From assembly GCA_963422395.1 (NCBI GenBank), contig OY729431.1, forward strand, positions 384,001-448,000: a stretch of DNA of 64,000 bases, given 5' to 3'. A program made the translations under genes and the position numbers. Source of the stretch: Vicinamibacteria bacterium. GTDB lineage: Bacteria > Acidobacteriota > Vicinamibacteria > Marinacidobacterales > Marinacidobacteraceae. Below the pieces are notes generated by a model. That model worked only from the letters and a program-made list of their open reading frames with translations, had not been told where the DNA came from and did not search any database. Shown here one piece after another: positions 55,847-64,000 of the stretch; position 1 is the stretch's first letter; every line of letters begins with the position of its first letter.

Positions 55847-56243
55847 GCGCCGCAAGCGCCCGCCGCGCCGTCGCAGCGGGCGGCAACGCTGCGGAGCGGT
55901 AACGTGTGCACGGCTCGACCCTGCGCAGAGGGAACATGTGCGGCGGCCACTGCTCAGCGGCGGTCACGTGCGAGCCTGCACCGCCGCCGACAGTGCGGGC
56001 CGAGTAAATGATGCCGCCGGTGCGCACGCCTTCATGAATTGATCTGTTACCTCGTACTTCCTAATAGTGCCGCTTGGAAGCCGCGCGGCGGTTCGGGGAC
56101 TGTCTTCGCAGGTGCGCGGCGGGCGCTGCCGCTCAAGCGCCGCTCGGGCTAAATGCCGGTTGCACAACCGCTTTCATCGCCCGACGGTTTGAGCGGTCAG
56201 GAAGCGCGATCTGGACGCCGGTCGGCGCGTGGTTCTCACACGA

Positions 56244-56438
56244 CACGCATCGAGGTCGATCACCGAATCCCACCGGTCGGCGCGTGGTCCCGTACGGCAG
56301 ATCGCAGAGCACGAGGTCCACGGAATTCGCCGGCAGCCGGGGCAGCACTTCGAGGCAGTCACCTTCGTAGAGCCGGTTGGCCAGTTCGTCCACTCCCCGG
56401 GACTCCGGAATCTCCGCGGCGGCGATGGAGGAATGCAT
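56244..56438 (-). pseudogene. Truncated, frameshifted N4/N6 site-specific DNA methyltransferase (beta-class N-terminus)
   Basis: LYEGDCLEVLPRLPANSVDLVLCDLPYGTT, then RWDSVIDLD in another frame, then similarity is lost. Confidence 0.8.
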
Positions 56439-56444
56439 TTCTAT

Positions 56445-57896
56445 CTATCGCTTCTGGCCCGCCGGGTCCAAGCCCGCCCCGGCTGTGTTGGACTGCGCTT
56501 CGGGAAGCAGGTGGACGATCGAGTTCGCGTAGTAGTCCAGCAGGTGCCGCCGGGGGGCGAGTACCCGGAGGATGCCTTTCTCGGCGCTCACCATCCGGCG
56601 TTGGATCAGGAGCTGGATGCCGAGCTCGACGGCAGGCTTCCAATCCTCCCGCGGCAGTTCGGTGGCTTCGAAGCGGGTCTCGATCCTCTCGAGAATGGAG
56701 AAGGCGGCGGCCTGCGCCTCGAAAACTGGGATTCCCTCTGGTTTGCCGCCGCGGACCACCGCGGCCATGAGCGGCACCGGCAGCACCGGCATGATCGCTG
56801 CGATGCGCTCCAGGAGCGCGTCGGCGAGCCGGCGCACTTCGACGAAGCGGGTGCTGCGATCCCCGCTTCGCGGATCGAACCCGCTTTCCGCCAGCCATTC
56901 CCGGAGTGAGAGCGGAGCGCCGACGCTCAGTGTCGCGTGTCCGAAAGGTTTCCAGCGGCGGTTCAACCGCAGCCAGACCTGCCCCGCCAGAAAGCCGAGA
57001 GCCGCCCGCCAGGATCGGAACCGGGTGGGCCGCCGGCCCTGAGCTTTCAGGAGCTGCAGATTTTCGTCCTCCAGCACCCGGTCGTAGTTCACCGCGACCG
57101 GCACCAGCGCCACATCGCGTCCCGCATCGGGATCGAAGGCGCGCACTGCATAGTCGAGGAGGCCGAGGCGTGGAGCACCCAGCCGGCCGTCTTCCGAAAA
57201 GCGGCCCTCGATGAAGAAGGCCTGCGGCACTCCGGCGCGGGTGGCGCTCTTCACATGGCTCGCCAGCACCGCCCGGTAGAGCGGACTTCCCGATCCGCGC
57301 CGCACGAAGAAGCCGCCGAGGGCGCGCAGCAGCGGTTCGAGAGGCCAGTAACGCGCCCATTCGCCCACTGCGAAAGACAGGATGGCCCGGTCGGCGAGCG
57401 AGGACGCCGCGATCACATAGTCGAGGTTGCTGCGGTGATTCAGCACGAAGACCGGGGTCGAGGCCTGCGCTGCCGCGACCAGCGCCTGCTCGTCGAGATA
57501 CCGCACCTGAACCCGGAAAAGCCGGCGCAGCATCCGTTTCATCCGGCCGTGGATGACCCCGAAATAGAGCCTCGTGCTCAGTGAGGGCGCGATCTCGCGG
57601 GCGTAGCGGCGCGCTTCGAGGAGGATCTCTCCCTGTTCGCGCCCGCTCCGGGTGGCTTCTTCGAGGATCGCCTCCTGGACCGCCGGTTCCACCATCAGCA
57701 GATCGGCCGCGCTCGACGGCTTCAGGAACTGGAACGCCGAGGGTTGGATCGCGAGCCGTGCCTGCGCTTCCTGCATGGCGTGAGCGTTTCGGCGGTCACG
57801 CCGCCGCCGCCAGAGGGGGCGCAGGACCAGCCCGAAGACCGAGCCGCCGACGAGCAGGAGGAGAACTCCGAACGGGATCGAAACGGGTTCGAGCAC
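56445..57896 (-). CDS. Glycerol-3-phosphate acyltransferase (PlsB/PlsC-like)
   Basis: NHRSNLDY (HX4D), GGFFVRR, FFIEG..S.DG, VPVAVNYDRVLED. Confidence 0.88.
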   Translation of the reverse strand: MLEPVSIPFGVLLLLVGGSVFGLVLRPLWRRRRDRRNAHAMQEAQARLAIQPSAFQFLKPSSAADLLMVEPAVQEAILEEATRSGREQGEILLEARRYAREIAPSLSTRLYFGVIHGRMKRMLRRLFRVQVRYLDEQALVAAAQASTPVFVLNHRSNLDYVIAASSLADRAILSFAVGEWARYWPLEPLLRALGGFFVRRGSGSPLYRAVLASHVKSATRAGVPQAFFIEGRFSEDGRLGAPRLGLLDYAVRAFDPDAGRDVALVPVAVNYDRVLEDENLQLLKAQGRRPTRFRSWRAALGFLAGQVWLRLNRRWKPFGHATLSVGAPLSLREWLAESGFDPRSGDRSTRFVEVRRLADALLERIAAIMPVLPVPLMAAVVRGGKPEGIPVFEAQAAAFSILERIETRFEATELPREDWKPAVELGIQLLIQRRMVSAEKGILRVLAPRRHLLDYYANSIVHLLPEAQSNTAGAGLDPAGQKR

Positions 57897-57936
57897 CGGA
57901 TCGTCCTGACTCCGGAACGGCCCCTACCGGGCGCGA

Positions 57937-59706
57937 TCAGCCGTAATCGGGAACGGAGATGGATTTTTCGATCCGCGCGAGCAGCTCCGACCGCCGTTCC
58001 ACGAGCACGCCGGCGAGCCGGTCCGCCGCGACCACCTCCACCTCCCGCTCTCCCCGCATCCGCACCTCGACGCCCCCCTGTTCGAGCGAACGGCGGGAGA
58101 CCACGGCGCGTATCGGAATTCCGATGAGGTCGGCGTCGGCGAACTTGACTCCGGCCCGTTCGTTCCGGTCGTCCATCAGTACCTCGAGGCCGGCGCTGCC
58201 TAGTTCCCGGTAGATGGTTTCGGCCCGCCGTACGGCTTCGTCCTCTTCCTTCGATCTCCCGCCGAGCGGGATCAGGTGCACATCGTACGGCGCGACGCTC
58301 ATCGGCCAACGGAGCCCGCGTTCGTCCCGGTGCTCTTCGGCTACGCAGGCGAGCAGCCGGCCCGATCCGATGCCGTAGGAGCCCATCCAGAGGGGGCGCT
58401 CGGCCCCGGAATCGTCGAGATAGCGGGCACCCGCGGCGTCGCCGTAGCGGGTGCCCAGCTGGAAGATGTTGCCGACCTCGACTCCACGGGCGGTGCGGAG
58501 CGGTTCGCCGCATTCGCCGCAGGGCCGCCCGTCTTCGGCGATGGCGATGTCGGCCACCCGGTCCGGTTCGTAATCCCGCCCCGCGTTCACATTGCGGAGG
58601 TGTACGCCCTCCTCGTTGGCGCCGGCCACCAGGTTCGGCGAAACGGGAATCGCGTCATCACAGACCACCGTTCCCGAAGTCATGCCGATCGGGGAGGCGT
58701 AGCCCGGAACGGCGCCGGCGCCGCGGATCGCTTCGTCTTCCGCTAGCCGGAGCCAGGACGCCCCCACCGCGTTCGCCAGTTTCGTCTCGTTCACTTCCAT
58801 GTCCCCGCGGACGATCGCCAGGACCAGCTCTTCCCGGGCGCCGCCGTCGAGGCCGGCGGTGAGGAAAACCGCCTTGGCGGTGCGGGATGCGGGGATGTCC
58901 AGGAACGCGGCGAGTTCCCGGATGGTCCGGGTGCCAGGGGTCGGCACCGGTTCGAGCGGCTGCGGCGCCTCTCGGGCGGCGGCTTCCTTGCGAAAGCGGG
59001 CGACTTGCCGGTTGGCGGAGTAGCCGCAGGCGTCGCACAACACCAGGGTGTCCTCGCCGATCGGGGTGAGATACATGAACTCGTGCGCTCGGCTTCCGCC
59101 CATCATGCCGACATCGGAGCCGACAGCGATCGTGGGAAGCGCGCAGCGGCCGAAGATACGGAAATACGCCTCGTAGTGCGCGCGGTACTGCCGGTCGAGC
59201 CCGCGGGCGTCACGGTCGAGGGTGTAGGAGTCCTTCATCGTGAATTCCCGCACCCGGATGAGGCCAGCTCGCGGGCGTGCATCGTCCCGGAACTTCGTCT
59301 GGATGTGGTACACGAGCTGGGGCAGCTGCCGGTGCGAGCGGATCTCGGTGCGGCAGAGGTCGGCGACCACTTCCTCATGGGTCATGGCGAGGACCAGTTC
59401 GCTGTTCTTCCGGTCCTGGAAGCGCGCCATTTCCGGCCCCACGGCGTCGTAACGCCCCGAGCGCCGCCAGATCTCCGCCGGGTGGACCACCGGCATGGTC
59501 ATTTCCTGACCGCCGATGCGGTTCATCTCCTCACGGAGGATGTTCTCGATCCGGGTGATTGCCCGGTGGGCGAGCGGCAGGCAGGAGAACAGGCCCTGGC
59601 CCAATTGCCGCAGGAAGCCGGCGCGGAGCAGCAGGCGATGGCTTTCGGCTTCGATCCCTGCCGGGGCTTCGCGGAGCGTCAGGCCGAAGTGGCGGGAAAG
59701 ACGCAT
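57937..59706 (-). CDS. proS: Proline--tRNA ligase
   Basis: TLREAP..SHRLLLRAG, LAMTHEE, QTKFRDDARPRAGLIRVREF.MKDSY, GVEVGNIFQLG, MGSYGIG, GVKFADADLIGIP. Confidence 0.97.
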   Translation of the reverse strand: MRLSRHFGLTLREAPAGIEAESHRLLLRAGFLRQLGQGLFSCLPLAHRAITRIENILREEMNRIGGQEMTMPVVHPAEIWRRSGRYDAVGPEMARFQDRKNSELVLAMTHEEVVADLCRTEIRSHRQLPQLVYHIQTKFRDDARPRAGLIRVREFTMKDSYTLDRDARGLDRQYRAHYEAYFRIFGRCALPTIAVGSDVGMMGGSRAHEFMYLTPIGEDTLVLCDACGYSANRQVARFRKEAAAREAPQPLEPVPTPGTRTIRELAAFLDIPASRTAKAVFLTAGLDGGAREELVLAIVRGDMEVNETKLANAVGASWLRLAEDEAIRGAGAVPGYASPIGMTSGTVVCDDAIPVSPNLVAGANEEGVHLRNVNAGRDYEPDRVADIAIAEDGRPCGECGEPLRTARGVEVGNIFQLGTRYGDAAGARYLDDSGAERPLWMGSYGIGSGRLLACVAEEHRDERGLRWPMSVAPYDVHLIPLGGRSKEEDEAVRRAETIYRELGSAGLEVLMDDRNERAGVKFADADLIGIPIRAVVSRRSLEQGGVEVRMRGEREVEVVAADRLAGVLVERRSELLARIEKSISVPDYG

Positions 59707-59744
59707 CAGCGGAGTTGGGAGAATGTACTGGGCAACCGCATGCG

Positions 59745-61151
59745 TCAGGCGGCGGAGGTCCGCCGTTCGGCTCCATCTCGGCCGCGGGGATCCCTCGGGA
59801 CGACGGGCATCTCGATCACTTCCCGATCGTTCGTGCCCCCGCTCTCCGGGTCCAGCACCTTGAGTGCGTCGCCCAGGAGAAAGATGGAGCCGGCGACGAC
59901 GACCTCTCCGTTGCGGCCGGCGAGCCGAAAGGCTCGGGTCAGCGCCTGCGGCACTTCCGCCACGATTTCCGCCCGAGTGCCGTTTCCGGCGAAAGCCGGC
60001 TGTACGGCGTCTGCCAAGTCCCCGGCGGGGAGCGCCCGGCGGCTCGCGGCGGCGGTCAGCACCACGGAGTGGAAGTGGGGATCGAGCGGCGCCAGCATCG
60101 CGGCGGCCCGCTTGTCGCGCATCGCGCCGAAGACCAGCACCCGGCGGCGGACGGGTCCGAGAGAGGCGAGGTACTCGGCGAGCCGCTCGGCGCCGTCCGG
60201 GTTGTGGGCGGCGTCGAGGAGCAGACTCGGCCGGACGGAGCTCGCCGGCAGCCACTGCAGCCGCCCCGGCCAGCGCACCGCCGAGACTCCCTCCCGGACC
60301 CGCACCGGATCGAGCGGCCCGAGCCCGCGCCGGGCGAAGAACCGCTCGGCCCCGCGGACGGCGAGCGCGAGGTTGTCGAGTTGATGGCGCCCCGGCAGCG
60401 GCAGCCACAGGTCGTCGTAAACCCCTTCCGGGGTGCGGAGCCAACCTCGGGCGCCGCTGCGGCCGGTGTCGAAAACAGCCTCCACCTCTCGTTCGAGATC
60501 CCGGAAGCGGGCGCCGCGGGCACGGGCGCCCGCCTCGAGAACGGTCTTGACCTCCGGCTTCTGCGCTGCCGCCAGCAGCTCGCCTCCCGGGCGCGCCACC
60601 GCTCCCTTTTCGGCGGCGATCTCCCGGACCGTGCGTCCCAGATACCGCTCATGGTCCAGCGCGATCCGGGTGATGAGTCCGAGCGGGGCGTCGGTAGCGG
60701 TGGTGGCGTCCCAGCGCCCTCCCATCCCGACCTCGAAAATCGCTGCGTCCACCCGATTCCGGGCGAACGCGCAGAACGCAGCCCCGGTGATCGTCTCGAA
60801 GAACGAGGGGCGATGGTCCGGCGGCAGCGCGGCGGTCGCCTCGGCGACCGTGCTCACGAAGCCGGCGAATTCATCTGGCGCCACCCGGCGGCCATTCACC
60901 ACGATCCGCTCCTCCACCGCCACCAGATGGGGAGAGGTGAACCGGCCTACCCGCAGGCCGTGGGCCCGCAGCACCGTATCCAGGATGGCGACGGTGGATC
61001 CCTTGCCGTTGGTTCCCGCGACGACCACCGCCGGGAACCGGCGTTCGGGATGACCGAGAGTGCGGGCCAGCTGTCGGATGTTCCGGGTCCCCACCTCGAC
61101 CCGGAACTGCTCCCGGCTGCGCAGGTAGGCGAGCGCTTCCTCGTAACGCAT
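59745..61151 (-). CDS. folC: Folylpolyglutamate synthase / dihydrofolate synthase
   Basis: VAGTNGKGS, FTSPHL..ERI, FEVGMGGRWDAT, WPGRLQ, LDAAHNPDG, AGSIFL. Confidence 0.95.
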   Translation of the reverse strand: MRYEEALAYLRSREQFRVEVGTRNIRQLARTLGHPERRFPAVVVAGTNGKGSTVAILDTVLRAHGLRVGRFTSPHLVAVEERIVVNGRRVAPDEFAGFVSTVAEATAALPPDHRPSFFETITGAAFCAFARNRVDAAIFEVGMGGRWDATTATDAPLGLITRIALDHERYLGRTVREIAAEKGAVARPGGELLAAAQKPEVKTVLEAGARARGARFRDLEREVEAVFDTGRSGARGWLRTPEGVYDDLWLPLPGRHQLDNLALAVRGAERFFARRGLGPLDPVRVREGVSAVRWPGRLQWLPASSVRPSLLLDAAHNPDGAERLAEYLASLGPVRRRVLVFGAMRDKRAAAMLAPLDPHFHSVVLTAAASRRALPAGDLADAVQPAFAGNGTRAEIVAEVPQALTRAFRLAGRNGEVVVAGSIFLLGDALKVLDPESGGTNDREVIEMPVVPRDPRGRDGAERRTSAA

Positions 61152-61186
61152 CCTGCGGATCGGGGAGGCGGGGCGGATCGCGGGGC

Positions 61187-62116
61187 TTAGCAGCCGGTAC
61201 GGACCAGCACCGGCTCCCGGGCGGCGAGCGCGGGCGCCGTCTGCGTCGAAGCCGCCGTTCCCCGAGGCTCGAAGAGGAACCGCAGGAATCCGCCGAGCAC
61301 CCGGCGAAGCTCGCGGCGGTGGACGACGCGATCCAGCATCCCGTGTTGGAGCAGGAACTCGGAGCGCTGGAACCCGGGCGGCAACTCGCCGCGGATCGTC
61401 TGCCGGATCACTCGCGGCCCGGCGAACCCGATGAGTGCGCCGGGCTCGGCGAGGTTGAGGTCCCCGAGCATCGCGTAACTGGCGGTGACTCCGCCGGTGG
61501 TGGGATGAGTGAGTACCGAGAGGAAGGGGACCCGCTCCTCGTCCAGAACCGCGAGCGCGGAGGAGATCTTGGCCATCTGCATGAGCGAGAGCGCCCCTTC
61601 CTGCATCCGGGCGCCACCCGAGCAGGACACCACGATCAGCGGAATGTGCGCTTCACAGGCAGCCTCGACCGCACGGGTGATCTGCTCGCCCACCACCACG
61701 CCCATGCTCCCGCCGATGAAGCCGTACTCCATGACCGCGAGGAACACGGGCGTCCGCTCGATCCGCCCCCGGGTGACGAGGATGGCGTCATCGAGGCCGG
61801 TCGCTTCGGCGCTCCGACGCAGCCGCTCGTAGTAGTCCACGCGGTCCCGGAACCGGAGCGGATCGTTCGAGCGGAGTCCGCCCGACAGTTCCTGGTACTC
61901 CCCCTCGTCCATGAGCATCTCCACCCGGTCCCGAGCGGAGAGCCGCATGTGGAAGTCGCAACGCGGACAGACCTCGAGGTTTTCTCGGAGGGCCCGCCCG
62001 TACACGATCTCCGAACAGCCCTCGCAGCGCACGAAGAGCCCTTTGGGAACTTGCGGGCCGGCACGGTCCGCGTGAGCGTCGGGGCTGCGGAACGCGGAAT
62101 CGACCATGGGAGGCAC
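61187..62116 (-). CDS. accD: Acetyl-CoA carboxylase carboxyltransferase beta subunit
   Basis: CEGC..CPRC zinc finger, FIGGSMG.VVGE, SGGARMQEG..SLMQMAK, PTTGGVTAS, IGFAGPRVI, FQRSEFL. Confidence 0.97.
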   Translation of the reverse strand: MPPMVDSAFRSPDAHADRAGPQVPKGLFVRCEGCSEIVYGRALRENLEVCPRCDFHMRLSARDRVEMLMDEGEYQELSGGLRSNDPLRFRDRVDYYERLRRSAEATGLDDAILVTRGRIERTPVFLAVMEYGFIGGSMGVVVGEQITRAVEAACEAHIPLIVVSCSGGARMQEGALSLMQMAKISSALAVLDEERVPFLSVLTHPTTGGVTASYAMLGDLNLAEPGALIGFAGPRVIRQTIRGELPPGFQRSEFLLQHGMLDRVVHRRELRRVLGGFLRFLFEPRGTAASTQTAPALAAREPVLVRTGC

Positions 62117-62124
62117 GAAATGCT

Positions 62125-62343
62125 AGCAGCCTGTGGATGAAGTGACGCGAGCGCCGAGAGTGGTGAGGCGCCCGGCTGACAAGGCGCGTGACGGAGGAAT
62201 ACCGGGAGTATTTCGAGCGAAACGCAACGATGAGCCCCGTGAAACGGGGCGGTTCAGCCGGGATGCATCGCCGCTCGAACACCGCGTGACTTCGTCCACC
62301 GGCTGCTGACAGCCTGTGGATGAAGTGACGCGAGCGCCGAGAG
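62125..62343. mobile_element. MITE-like element (183 bp, 25-bp imperfect terminal inverted repeats) plus an adjacent truncated second copy
   Basis: 62125-62149 vs reverse complement of 62283-62307 match at 22 of 25 positions; 62127-62160 is repeated exactly at 62310-62343. Confidence 0.65.
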
Positions 62344-62413
62344 CGGCCCAGTTCTCCCAGGGTGGCGGCCCAGCCTGCGCCCATAATATCGGGCGGATCG
62401 GAGGTCTTGACCC

Positions 62414-64000
62414 ATGGAACCGCAGACTCTGCATCAGCTGTTCGCCGCAGCCTGCTCCCGGCACGACAGGGAGGACGCTCTCCTCTACAAGGAGGGCGGA
62501 GAGTGGAAGAAACTCTCCTCGGCTGGCTGGCTGGCCGCCGCGCAGGAGACGGCGATGGGGCTCGCCGCCCGCGGGGTGGAAAAGGGAGATCGGGTGGTGC
62601 TGCTCTCCGAGAATCGGGTGGAGTGGTTCACCGTGGAGGCCGGGCTCCAGCTCCTGGGCGCGGTGACGGTGCCGATCTACCCCACCCTGACCGCCGCGCA
62701 GACCGCTTACATCGTTCGGGATTCGGGAGCTCGGGTGGTCCTCGCCTCGACCGCAGACCAATACGCCAAGATCCGCGCGGTCCGGGACCAGCTCCCGGCG
62801 CTGGAGACGGTGTTCACCTTCGACGAAGGAGCGGGCGGCGAATCCTGGGAAACCCTCATGAGCGCCGGCAAGGCGGCAGGTGAGGCCGATCCCGGCGGGA
62901 CGGACCTGCTCGCGGCGGCGGTCTCCGGCGGCGATCTCGCCACGATCATCTACACCTCGGGAACCACCGGGAATCCCAAGGGGGTGATGCTCACCCAACA
63001 GAACCTGGTGCAAAACGCCCTCGCCGGTACCGAAGCGATCATCCTGAGCCCGGAGGATGTGGCGATGTCGGTGTTGCCGTACAGCCATGTGTTCGCCCGC
63101 ATGGTGGCGCACTATCTCTATCCCCACTGCGGGGTCAGCATCGCCATCGCCGAGAGCATGGACAAATTGGTGGAGAACATCGGCGAGATCCGCCCCACGG
63201 TCATGGCCTGCGTGCCGCGCTTCTACGAGAAGATGCGGGACCGGGTGCTCGAAGGGGTGGCCGCCGGCAGCCCGTTGAAGCAGAAGATCTTCCACTGGGC
63301 GCTCCGGACGGGCCGTGCAATGGGCCGCCATCGCCAGCAGGGGACCGAGCCGCCCGTCGGACTGAAGTTCCGCTACCGCCTGGCGACCCGGCTCGTGTTC
63401 GACAAGCTCCATAAGCGCCTCGGCGGCCGGATGCGGCTCTTCGTCTCCGGCGGCGCGGCGCTGCCGCAGGAGGTCGCGGAGTTCTTCCTGGCGGCGGGCT
63501 GGCTCATCATCGAGGGCTACGGGCTGACCGAGACCTCGCCGGTGATCACCGTGAACCGCCCCGACCGGTTCCGTTTCGGCACCGTGGGAGTCCCGGTGCG
63601 CGGCGTGGAAGTGAGGATCGCGGACGACGGCGAGATCGCCTGCCGCGGCCACAATGTGATGAAGGGTTACTTCGGCAACGCCGCCGCCACCGAAGAAGCC
63701 ATCGTGGGCGGTTGGTTCCATACCGGCGATGTGGGGGAGTTCGACGAGGACGGTTTCTTGCGGATCACCGACCGGAAGAAGGACCTGCTCGTGACCGCCG
63801 GCGGAAAGAATGTGGCGCCGCAGCCCATCGAGGCGATGTTGAAGACCAGTCCGTACATCGCCGAAATGGTGATGATCGGAGACGCCAGGCCGTACCTCGC
63901 AGCGCTGGTGGCGCCCGACTTCGACCAGCTCCGGCGCTTCTGCGAGGCCGAGGGAATCCCGGCGGACACGGACGAGGTGATGGCTGCCGACGAACGGGTG
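62414..64000 (+). CDS. Long-chain fatty acid--CoA ligase (AMP-binding), runs off window end
   Basis: MEPQTL.., GDRVVLLSENRVEW, TIIYTSGTTGNPKGVMLT, EGYGLTETSP, GWFHTGDVG, ITDRKKDL; not in the ORF track because no stop lies in the window. Confidence 0.93.
   Translation, partial: MEPQTLHQLFAAACSRHDREDALLYKEGGEWKKLSSAGWLAAAQETAMGLAARGVEKGDRVVLLSENRVEWFTVEAGLQLLGAVTVPIYPTLTAAQTAYIVRDSGARVVLASTADQYAKIRAVRDQLPALETVFTFDEGAGGESWETLMSAGKAAGEADPGGTDLLAAAVSGGDLATIIYTSGTTGNPKGVMLTQQNLVQNALAGTEAIILSPEDVAMSVLPYSHVFARMVAHYLYPHCGVSIAIAESMDKLVENIGEIRPTVMACVPRFYEKMRDRVLEGVAAGSPLKQKIFHWALRTGRAMGRHRQQGTEPPVGLKFRYRLATRLVFDKLHKRLGGRMRLFVSGGAALPQEVAEFFLAAGWLIIEGYGLTETSPVITVNRPDRFRFGTVGVPVRGVEVRIADDGEIACRGHNVMKGYFGNAAATEEAIVGGWFHTGDVGEFDEDGFLRITDRKKDLLVTAGGKNVAPQPIEAMLKTSPYIAEMVMIGDARPYLAALVAPDFDQLRRFCEAEGIPADTDEVMAADERV

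Noticed and set aside
55839-55906. Long hairpin as an integron attC site
   Set aside because: Arms run GTTAC...GTAAC, opposite to the RYYYAAC...GTTRRRY order; single instance and no integrase
62127-62343. 34-bp exact direct repeat as a CRISPR array
   Set aside because: Only two copies, 149 nt apart, with an inverted copy between them and no cas genes; better explained as MITE ends

Overview
High-GC (roughly 70%, estimated by eye) bacterial chromosomal window. Gene content (VWA protein of the acidobacterial type, Oar-like TonB-dependent receptor, sulfatase-TPR lipoprotein, GldAFG/DUF4340 cluster, Fo genes separate from F1) suggests Acidobacteriota (inference). The backbone is housekeeping and transport: MacAB-like exporter, dcp, ALDH7, dgt, mogA-like, nuoL-nuoM-atpZ-atpI-atpB-atpE, mtnA, tsaD, OPT, aminopeptidase P, DyP, proS, folC, accD and an acyl-CoA ligase. 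Small conflict cassettes are interspersed: Fic, MazEF-like, membrane protein + ImmA/IrrE peptidase, ATPase + DUF4276, a Menshen-like triad, and a decayed HigBA/RM patch. Main observations: (1) a RuBisCO-like protein fused to a methylsulfurylase-type cupin near mtnA, suggesting a fused MTA-isoprenoid shunt enzyme; (2) a Menshen-like defence triad whose DUF262 gene carries an extra Mrr-N-like domain uncoupled by a 4-bp CGGA duplication; (3) a NuoL with a 26-residue duplication in its lateral helix (2M complex I signature) encoded with nuoM directly ahead of the Fo genes; (4) a candidate structured ncRNA upstream of a DksA/TraR gene; (5) a MITE-like element. I recognised no rRNA, tRNA, CRISPR array, integrase or transposase. 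All family assignments come from motif recognition by eye; no searches were run.
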